Of a stretch of 64,000 nucleotides of DNA, positions 55,785-64,000 are shown piece after piece. A program made the translations under genes and the position numbers. The stretch's first letter is position 1. Every line of letters starts with the position of its first letter. The notes beneath the pieces were generated by a model. That model was not told where the DNA came from, searched no databases, and saw nothing but the letters and a program-made list of their open reading frames with translations. The DNA comes from an uncultured Gemmatimonadaceae bacterium (GTDB taxonomy: Bacteria > Gemmatimonadota > Gemmatimonadetes > Gemmatimonadales > Gemmatimonadaceae). Location of the stretch: assembly GCA_963829055.1 (NCBI GenBank), contig CAWHHI010000010.1, forward strand, positions 64,001-128,000, in the 5' to 3' direction.

Positions 55785-57772
55785 CCGAGCTCCGACGGAA
55801 TGGCGTTAGGCGGCGACGGATGTGGTCGCGCGGGCGTTGCGCTGCGACGCAGCGTGACAGTGAAGGTCGCTCCCCCGTCGGGATTCTCGTGGGCACTGAT
55901 GGTCCCGCCATGAGCCTCGACGATCGTCCGCGCGATCGTTAGGCCTACGCCGAGGCCATTCGTCTTCGTCGTAACGAATGGTGTGAACAGCTTGCCCATG
56001 ATTTCAGCCGGCAAACCCGTTCCGGTGTCACACACGGAGACCTCGACGTCGGCGGCCCTGACCACGCTTCGTAACGTGATCTGACGCCGTGCCGGCCGAC
56101 TCTCAGGCAGCGCGTCCATCGCGTTCCTCAGCAGGTTGACGAGCACCTGCTGCAAGAGCACCTGATCGCCGTCGATGACGCAAGGCGTGGAAGAGAGATC
56201 GAGGGTCGCCTCGATCCGCCGCGCTCGCATGTCGTGGGCGACGAGGGCGAGGCTTTCATACATCACGGAGTGCAGGTCGATCGGCTTCCTCTGCAGCTCA
56301 TGGCTGCGGAGCATTGTCCGATGGCGATCAATGACCTGTGTGGCGAGGACGGCTTCGGCCTGGATATCGGCCAGGATCTCCCCTGTCGTGTCGGGCGTCG
56401 CCCGGTTGGCTGTGACCATCATCTGAAGCGCCTGCGTGTTGTGCATGATCGCGCTGAGAGGTTGCCCGAGCTCATGTCCGATCGAGGTCGTCAGCGCCGA
56501 CATCGTCGCGCGGCGGTTGGTATCGGCGGCGAGAGCCAGGTTCCGCCGGCTGTCGATCTCGGCGCGATGCCGTGCGCGGCGCTCGTGCAGGAGCCGCACG
56601 ATGAGGAGCGCCTGGAGAATCAGCGCGCCGAGCACAGCGAGAACCGTGAGCTTGTATTCACCCCACAGGGTCGGGCCACGATACATGACGGTGCTTCCCG
56701 GCGGCAACCGACTCTCGGGAATACCCCACCGCTGTAACTCGCGCCAATCGAAGATCGGCTTCCCCGCCATTTGTGGCGGTAGTCTGATGGTTCCAGCTGG
56801 CTCGCCGGACAGGATTCGGCCGGCCACGTCGGCCGAGTTGCGAGCAATTTCGGGTACGGACATCAGTGACCCACCGACAATGCCATGTCCGAGATATGAG
56901 CTCATCGCTCCAAAGATCGGGGCATTCGCCTTCTCGTGAAGGGCGGCGAACACTTGCTCGTCCGGGTACGCCCCGCCCACCGCGTCCGTGCCGAAGGTGA
57001 GATAAACAATCGCCGAGTGGCGTGGAAGGTTCGCGGAGCGGCGCACTATGTCGGGAAGGGACAACTCGTTGGACCAGAGGAATGTCACGCGACCCTGAAA
57101 TCGCTTGAGCCCGGGCTCGAGCTCCGGCTGCCAGAACCTGCCGATCGGTCCGGCCCCGACAACCATTAAGACCTGTTTGGTCTCGGGTAGTACCCGCAGG
57201 ACTTCATCGATGATGTGAGGAAAATCGTTGCTGACCATGACCGCACTCTCGTTCTCGCCAAGAGGCGCCCCGCGGAGGTATCGCTGATCCACCGAGGCGA
57301 ACAGGAGCGGCGTCTCCGGGAAAAGCTCCTGCCGATGCTTGCGCGCGAACACAGCCGCAGGGCCGCCGGCAGTCACAATGAGGTCCGGGGACGTCCGACC
57401 GGCAAAAATCGATCGGATGTAGTCGACGAGGTCTTGGTCGGGCGCGCCGACAAATCCTGTGGGCCCCACGACCACCTGGATGACGTTCACGGGTTGCCCG
57501 ATGCGCTGGTCCAGGTCTACACGGAAACCGCCGGTGAAGTGATCGAGCGGCAGGGTCCCGCGGTCGAGCGATTGCAGTACCAGAACGTGTTTGACCGGGG
57601 GCTGCGCTTCGCTCGTCGCGGCGCCGATCGCCAGCAACCCCCCCAGCAACGCACACTGCAATCTGCTGCGAACGCGGCACTCCGGACGCGTTCGGCCTGC
57701 CAGGGCCCTGGCCCTGGTGTCCTGGGCTGTGACCAAATTTCGGGTGCGGGCTGAAATCGCTGAGTCGACCAT
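55781..57772 (-). CDS. Sensor histidine kinase with extracytoplasmic ABC-substrate-binding-like domain (start uncertain)
   Basis: FDWRELQRWGIPESRLPPG; TM helix; IGHELGQPL; NLLRNAMDA; PFVTTKTNGLGVGL. Confidence 0.88.
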   Translation of the reverse strand: MVDSAISARTRNLVTAQDTRARALAGRTRPECRVRSRLQCALLGGLLAIGAATSEAQPPVKHVLVLQSLDRGTLPLDHFTGGFRVDLDQRIGQPVNVIQVVVGPTGFVGAPDQDLVDYIRSIFAGRTSPDLIVTAGGPAAVFARKHRQELFPETPLLFASVDQRYLRGAPLGENESAVMVSNDFPHIIDEVLRVLPETKQVLMVVGAGPIGRFWQPELEPGLKRFQGRVTFLWSNELSLPDIVRRSANLPRHSAIVYLTFGTDAVGGAYPDEQVFAALHEKANAPIFGAMSSYLGHGIVGGSLMSVPEIARNSADVAGRILSGEPAGTIRLPPQMAGKPIFDWRELQRWGIPESRLPPGSTVMYRGPTLWGEYKLTVLAVLGALILQALLIVRLLHERRARHRAEIDSRRNLALAADTNRRATMSALTTSIGHELGQPLSAIMHNTQALQMMVTANRATPDTTGEILADIQAEAVLATQVIDRHRTMLRSHELQRKPIDLHSVMYESLALVAHDMRARRIEATLDLSSTPCVIDGDQVLLQQVLVNLLRNAMDALPESRPARRQITLRSVVRAADVEVSVCDTGTGLPAEIMGKLFTPFVTTKTNGLGVGLTIARTIVEAHGGTISAHENPDGGATFTVTLRRSATPARPHPSPPNAIPSELG

Positions 57773-57865
57773 TGGAGTCGGCCAATCTGGGGGCCAAGCC
57801 TGCACAGCGGCAATACCGTTGGCACTAAGCGCGCCCGCGCGCCCGGGAAGAATATTCTTCACGTC

Positions 57866-59831
57866 GTGACCCATCCTTCGGCCGAGTTCCTCGACCTGCA
57901 GGCCGCCCTGGCCGGCGAGTATTCGCTCCAGCGCGAGCTCGGCCGCGGAGGCATGGGAGTGGTGTACCTCGCTCGCGACGTGCAGCTCGATCGCGACGTC
58001 GCCATCAAGGTCCTGCCCACGCACCTCGCCCGCGATCCGGAGGCGCGCGAGCGGTTCGTGCGAGAGGCCCGCATGGCCGCCGGCCTCTCGCACCCGCACA
58101 TCGTCCCGATCCATCGCGTGGGCGAGGTGCCCGCAGGGCATCCCGAGCGGAGCGAGGAACCTCGCTTCGTCTTCTTCGTCATGAGCTACGTGGAGGGCGA
58201 GACGCTCGGCGAGCGACTCCGCACGCGCGGCCCGCTTCCGCCCGCCGAGGCGACGCGCGTGATGCGCGAGGTCGCCTGGGCACTCGCCTACGCGCACGGA
58301 CGCGGCATCGTCCACCGCGACGTGAAGCCGGACAACATCCTGCTCGAGGCGGGCACTGGCCGCGCGCTGGTGACGGATTTCGGCATCGCCGCATGGCGGT
58401 GGCAGACCCGGTCACCGCGACCGACCCGGGAAAGATCATGGGGACCGCGCACTTCATGAGCCCGGAGCAGGCCGCGGGCGAAGCCGTCGATGGCCGCAGC
58501 GACATCTACGCGCTCGGCGTCGTCGGCTATCTCGCGGTGAGCGGCCGCCTGCCGTTCGAGTCGTCCAACCTGCCGGCGCTGCTCGTGCGCCAGGCCACCG
58601 AGCCGGCCGCCGAGCGTGATGCGCGCGGCGCCCGGGCTGCCTCCCGCGCTCGGCGCCGCGATCGACCGGTGCCTAACGCGCGATCCTGCCGGCCGATTCG
58701 CCGACGGCGAAGCGCTGGCCGAAGCGCTCGCGCCAGCGCCTGACGCGCGGCCCGCACTGCCGCCCGACGCTGCGCGCGTGGCTCGCGGCGCGAAATCCGC
58801 TTCTCGCTCCCGTATCTGGCCTGGTCCGGCGGGTTCAGCCTTCTCACGCTGGCGAACCTCGTTGCGTGGGTGACCGGCAACCGGCCCGACGGGCCGGCGG
58901 ACATCGTACTCCTGGCCGCGATCACGGCGTTGCCGCTGCTGCCGATCGTCGGTTTCCATCTGAACCAGGCGCACAGGCAATTCCGGGCCGGGCACACGCT
59001 CGCCGACCTGCGGGCGGCGCTCGCCGTCGCGCGTCGCGAGCGCGCGGAGACCGAAGCCATCACGCGAGAGGAAACCGAGACCCCGTACTCATCGCGTCCT
59101 GCGGCTCGCTCACGATCGCCTCGACGACGTGGCTTGGCATCACCGTCGGGCTGGTGATCTCAGGGGCGATCCACGAGAATCGGACGGCACCGAGTCGTGT
59201 TCATCGCGCCGCTGCTCACGACGATGTTTCTGGGAGCGGTGAGCAACGCGCTCGACGTGCAGTTCATTCCGGACAAGATCCGCGACTGGTGGCAGACGGG
59301 GATTCGTGAGCGCCTCTGGAACAGCCGCGCGGGTGAGTGGCTCGCGCGCCGGCTCGGCGCGCCCGAGCGCACGCAGTTGGCCGGCGCGTCGGCGTTTCGC
59401 GCAACGGAGGCGGCGTTAGGCGTGGCGGCGTCGGAGCTGTTCGCGGCGCTGCCGAAGGAGTACCGCGAGCAGTTGTCGGAGCTGCCGGCGATCGTCGCGT
59501 CGCTCGAGGCGCGCGCAGCCGAGGCGCGCGCCGAGATGGACGTGGTTGCCGCCCTGGCTCCGTCAGGGTCGGCGAACGCCGACGCACTGGCTGCGCGAAA
59601 GAACGCGGCGGCCACGCACCTCGCGGAGAGCGTCGCCGCGCTGGAGGGACTGCGTCTCGACCTGCTGCGCCTGCACGCGGGCGCCGCCGATCTCGCGCCG
59701 CTCACCACGCTGATGGATGCCGCGCGACTGGTTGGCGAGGACCTGAGCCGGTTGGCGGAGGCGCAGCGGGAGGCGGAGCACGCCGCGAGCGGCACCCTCT
59801 CGCCCCGGCGACTCCCGCCATCCACGCCTAA
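57866..59831 (+). CDS. Ser/Thr protein kinase with membrane-embedded C-terminal region (several frameshifts; 3' end approximate)
   Basis: ELGRGGMGVV, VAIKV, HRDVKPDN, DFG, FMSPE; TM segments and coiled C-terminus across ORFs 58393, 58616, 58870, 59197. Confidence 0.85.
58136..58165 (+). repeat. Half REP-like element inserted in frame in the kinase domain
   Basis: GGGCATCCCGAGCGGAGCGAGGAACCTCGC matches the left arm of the intergenic repeats; encodes GHPERSEEPR. Confidence 0.7.
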
Positions 59832-59879
59832 CGAGTCGTCCGACGCGTTAGGATCCCGTATTGCGGCACCCGCCGCGAA

Positions 59880-60409
59880 TCAGCGCCGTCCCGAGTCGGC
59901 GGGGGGACGCACCGGCGGCGCGGTGCGTGGATCAATCGACTCGTCCTCGAGCCGAATTCGGAGCGATCCGTCCTGCCGCTTGAGAAGCGCGGTATACGAG
60001 AGAATGATCGGGCGCTCTCGGATCTGCTCGTCCACGCGCCCAGGCCGGCCACGAGGACGGCATCCGACCCGACCGGCTCGAACGAGAGGTCGCGCCACTC
60101 GAAGGCGGCAGGCGGAGTCCAACGGGCGTCGCGATACTGCGCGACAACCGAATCATACGGCATGAATTCCTTTGAGCCGTTCCCGAGGCGATATGCTCCG
60201 GTCCGATCGTACCGCGCGCCGATCGCCGCACGATCACCGGCAAGCAAATCACGGGCGTACGTGTCCATGAACGCACGCGCCTCGTCGGTAATGGCGGCTC
60301 CCGGCGCCGGCGAGTCGCCCTGCCTAACGTTGCCGGCTTGCGAGCCATCGCACGCAACGATCCATGCCAGTGCGGCAACGCACAGTCCGACGCTGAATGC
60401 CGGCTTCAT
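59880..60409 (-). CDS. Lipoprotein with NTF2/DUF4440-like domain (frameshift ~60030)
   Basis: Lipobox IVAC; FMDTYARDLLAGDR; YTALLKRQDGSLRIRLEDES. Confidence 0.7.
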
Positions 60410-60458
60410 ATCACACTCGTAGACGTTAGGGACACCGCACTTGTTCCAGCTTCGCCAC

Positions 60459-61124
60459 TCACCGCACTGCGCGCAACGACGAGTGTTGATACATCGCCCA
60501 CGCGTGACCGCTCCACTGATACAGGTACTCCTTTCCCAATATCCTGATTCCGTCGCCTCCCGCCCCGACCGGCGACCGACAGCGCAATTCCACCGTGAGT
60601 CTTCCCTCCCAGCGTCCTTCGTACACGCCGACGACCGGTGCGGTCACTCTCGCGAGCAGCACGCGCGGCCCGCCTGCACGATCGAGGTCTGTCGGGCACG
60701 TGGGAAACGCGACCGCGCTGTCACCTTCCGCTCTCTCGCCCAGCGGCGCCTCGATGCCGCGTGCGAAGGCCGCGGCAATCGCCGCCGCTCTGGTCGTGGT
60801 CAGCGCCGCGCAGGCCGCGAGTGACGCGCTATCGACGAGCGGATGCGAAGGCTCGCAGAGGAGCGCTTCCGCCACCGCGCGGATCGGGTGGAGGCGGCTG
60901 GCGCGTCCGGCTTCCATCGCCAGCAGTTCCAGGGGCGGCATGCCGGTGGAGTCCAACGCCTGTGCCGTGAGGCTGCGGCAAGGCACGGCCAGCACGCCGG
61001 CCACGCCGAACAGCGACACACAGACAGCTGAGGTCGCGGACGAGAACCACCGCAGCCAGCATGAAACTCTGAGCTGGGACATCGACCCATCCTCCGACGT
61101 AACCTCGCGCGGGAGCTCGTCCAT
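60459..61124 (-). CDS. Hypothetical exported protein
   Basis: 221-aa ORF with hydrophobic N-terminal segment filling the gap between genes; no recognised motif. Confidence 0.45.
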   Translation of the reverse strand: MDELPREVTSEDGSMSQLRVSCWLRWFSSATSAVCVSLFGVAGVLAVPCRSLTAQALDSTGMPPLELLAMEAGRASRLHPIRAVAEALLCEPSHPLVDSASLAACAALTTTRAAAIAAAFARGIEAPLGERAEGDSAVAFPTCPTDLDRAGGPRVLLARVTAPVVGVYEGRWEGRLTVELRCRSPVGAGGDGIRILGKEYLYQWSGHAWAMYQHSSLRAVR

Positions 61125-61277
61125 GCGAGGGCTCGCGACCCTGACGAGCAGCTCGACCTGAACGAAAGCATCGATCCCACACGCACCGCGCCGGCGAAGT
61201 CAGCCGCCTGCGCCATAGCCAAACGCTGGTGCGCCACTGCAAAATACGCGAGACCCCCACCTCCACTGGAGCCCCGC

Positions 61278-63356
61278 ATGGTTTCTCTCCTGACGCGCCG
61301 AATGGCATGCGTCGTCGCGCTGCTCGCCACGGCCGCCACGGCCGACGCGCAGAGCAAGCGCCCCATGACCATCATGGACATCATGGACCTGAAGAACGTG
61401 GGCGGCGTTTCGCTCTCGCCCGACGGGTCGAAGGTCGCCTACGCCGTCAGCACCTGGGAGCACCCCAGCGCGCGTTCGTCCGCGGATTCCACGAAGCCGG
61501 ATACCGCGAAGGGCGACAAGCACGAGATGCGGTCGCACATCTGGATGGTTCCCGCCGGCGGCGGCACGCCGCGGCAGCTCACGTTCAGCGAGCGTGGCGA
61601 GAACGGCCCGCAGTGGTCACCCGACGGCCGCTCGCTCGCCTTCGTCTCGTCGCGCGGCAGCGGCACGGACGCGAAGACGCAGATCTGGATCCTGCCGATG
61701 GACGGCGGCGAAGCGTACCAGCTGACGACGTCGAAGGAGAACGTGACGGGCTTCGAGTGGTCGAAGGACGGGTCGCGTATCGCGTTCCTGGCGGTGGACA
61801 CGCTGCCGAAGACCGACGAGGCGAAGACGGCGCGGCGCGACGATCCGCAGGTGTTCGAGGACAACTTCCGACTCTCGCACGCCTGGGTGATCGACGTCGC
61901 GACGAAGCGCGCCACCGAAGTCGCCCATGGCAATCTCACCGTGGCCGGTGCGCCGAGCTGGTCGCCGGATGGGACGCACCTCGCGTTCCAGGCTGCGCCG
62001 ACGACGATGATCCGCGATACCCGCTCGGACATCTACGTCGTCACGATCGCCGACAAGTCGATGAAGAAGATCACGGCGAAGCCCGAGGCGGGATCGGCGC
62101 CGGCGTGGTCGCCGGATGGAAAGACGATCGCGTTCACGTGCTTCCGCAGAGTCACACGGCTCGCGCCGACAGCATCATGGATCGCGAGATCGGCAACGAC
62201 CATCTCATTCTCTATGACGTCGCGTCCGGAAAAGCGAAGGACACGTACGACGCGAAGATGGACATCTCGGCCGGCACGCCGCGCTGGACGCCTGATGGCT
62301 CGCGCGTGCTGTTCACGACGGGCGAGCGCGCGTGGTCCGCGGTGTACGCGTACGACGTCGCGTCCAACAAGCTGAGTCGCGTCATCGACAAGGTGCTGAT
62401 CGGCAACCCGTCGATCTCGAAGGACGGAAAGCTGGCCGCGTACACGTTAGGCTCGCCGAACGCGCCGGGGGAGGTGTACGTGAGCGACCTGACGTTCGCG
62501 TCGCCGAAGAAGCTCACGGACATCAACCCGCAGCTCCGCGAGATAGCGTTAGGCGAGACGGAAGTGATCACGTGGAAGAGCACCGACGGCACGCCGGTGG
62601 AAGGCATCCTGCTCAAGCCCGTCGGCTATCAGGCCGGACGAAAGTACCCGTTGCTCGTCGAGGCGCACGGCGGCCCGACCGGCGCCACGAACGCGGGGTT
62701 CAAGGCGAACTGGGGATCGCCGGGACAGGTGTGGGCGGGACAGGGCTGGGCGGTGTTGTACCCGAACCCGCGCGGCTCGACCAACTACGGCGAGAAGTTC
62801 ACGCGCGCGAACATCATGGACTGGGGCGGCGGCGACTACCGCGACATCATGACCGGCGTCGATGACGTGATCAAGCGCGGCATCGCCGACTCGTCGAAGA
62901 TGGCGTTCGAGGGCTGGAGCTACGGCGGCTACATGACGGCGTGGGTCGTGAGCCAGACGAGCCGGTTCAAGGCGGCGCGCATGGGCGCCGGCCTGTCGGA
63001 CCTGCAGAGCATGTACGGGACGACGGACATCCCGGGCTACATCGGCACGTTCTTCAGCGGCGTCCCGACGCAGAAGACGCTCGACTTCTATCGCGCGCGC
63101 TCAGCGATCACGTTCGTGGACAACGTGACGACGCCGCTCCTGATTCAGCATGGCGGAAACGATCAGCGCGTGCCGGTCGGTCAGGCGATGGAGTACTACC
63201 GCGCGCTCAAGGATCGAGGGAAGACCGGTGCAGCTGGTGTTCTATCCGCGCGAGGGACACGGCCTCGCGGAGTACTACCACCAGGTCGACAAGATGCAGC
63301 GCGAGCTGGACTGGATGACGAAGTACACGTTAGGCTCGCAGAAGATTGTTCCGTGA
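61278..63356 (+). CDS. S9C acylaminoacyl peptidase-like protein (frameshifts ~62140, ~63225)
   Basis: Signal peptide; WSPDG repeats; HGGP; NPRGSTNYG; GWSYGG; HGGNDQRV; REGH. Confidence 0.93.
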
Positions 63357-63362
63357 CGCGAT

Positions 63363-63398
63363 GACGAGAGGGCGGTGCCTAGGCACCGCCCTCTCGTC
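63363..63398. terminator. Perfect 36-bp palindrome between convergent genes
   Basis: GACGAGAGGGCGGTGCCT|AGGCACCGCCCTCTCGTC. Confidence 0.65.
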
Positions 63399-63431
63399 TG
63401 ACGCTCCCTGCAGTAAAGGAATCCGGCCGGC

Positions 63432-64000
63432 CTAACGACTTGGAGCTCGGCCGCGCGCCGCTTTTGGCGCCTCCGCTGCGACGACGGGTTGGGCGGCGTC
63501 TGGCGGCAACGCCGATGGTGGCCGCGTCGATCGTGCATCCTCCTCGGCCAGAGGCAACGCGACATAGAAGGCGGCGCCGCGGTCGGCCCTGCGCTCCGCC
63601 CACAGCCGCCCGCCTTGCGAGGTTATCAGTGTGCGGCAGATCGAAAGGCCCATGCCCAGGCCGCCAGCCTTGGTGCTGTGGAACGGCTGAAACAACGTCT
63701 CAACGTCGTCCGGCAAGCCGACTCCGCAGTCCAGCACGCCGATGCGCACCTCGTCCTCCGTGATGAAAGCCTTGAGCGTGAGGGTGCGGTCTTCCCGTGG
63801 ATTCGATTCCATGGCATCGCACGCGTTCACGATCAGGTTGAGGAGGACCTGCTGGAGTTGCACGCGATTCGTCCTGGCTGCGGGAAGGTCGCTGGGCGCG
63901 AGCTTCGAGACGGAGACACCGCGGGCAATGAGATCGGTGCGGACGAGGCGGAGGAGTTCGTCGAGACTCTCACTCACGCTCACCGCCTGGAGCACGACCT
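63432..64000 (-). CDS. Histidine kinase, C-terminal HATPase part (5' end outside window)
   Basis: VQLQQVLLNLIVNACDAM, DCGVG, FQPFHSTKAGGLGMGLSICR. Confidence 0.9.
   Translation of the reverse strand, partial: VVLQAVSVSESLDELLRLVRTDLIARGVSVSKLAPSDLPAARTNRVQLQQVLLNLIVNACDAMESNPREDRTLTLKAFITEDEVRIGVLDCGVGLPDDVETLFQPFHSTKAGGLGMGLSICRTLITSQGGRLWAERRADRGAAFYVALPLAEEDARSTRPPSALPPDAAQPVVAAEAPKAARGRAPSR

Noticed and set aside
57773..58315. N-terminal extension of the 844-aa His kinase ORF
   Set aside because: It is the antisense shadow of the Ser/Thr kinase starting at 57866.

Overview
High-GC (roughly 68% by eye) bacterial chromosomal window. The gene repertoire points to Gemmatimonadota (inference): several Ser/Thr kinase-TolB-like-TPR proteins, ADOP/FtsX permeases, S9 peptidases, DUF5916, PD40-amidohydrolase and a BNR propeller. 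It holds about 45 CDS covering signalling (2 ECF sigma factors, 3 Ser/Thr kinases, 3 His kinases, a SARP/BTAD-TPR regulator, MarR), secreted hydrolases (B3 metallo-beta-lactamase, CocE/NonD, S9 peptidases, GGT) and transport. About half the genes carry single-base frame breaks that look like long-read assembly indels. I saw no rRNA, tRNA, CRISPR array, transposase or integrase. The most striking non-genic signal is a non-palindromic motif, CGTTAGGC/GCCTAACG, at about 1 copy per kb on both strands. It is written into coding sequence in several reading frames using rare codons (TTA, CTA, AGG) and stop codons. Other signals: a family of GTCAT(T/C)CCGAGCG palindromic repeats, one half-copy of which is inserted in frame inside a kinase domain; SARP-type 11/22-bp-phased repeats at a divergent regulator/lipoprotein pair; twin divergent ECF promoters; PadR-like operators before two ADOP permeases; and two MITE-like inverted-repeat elements. 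All counts were made by eye, and boundaries of frameshifted genes are approximate.
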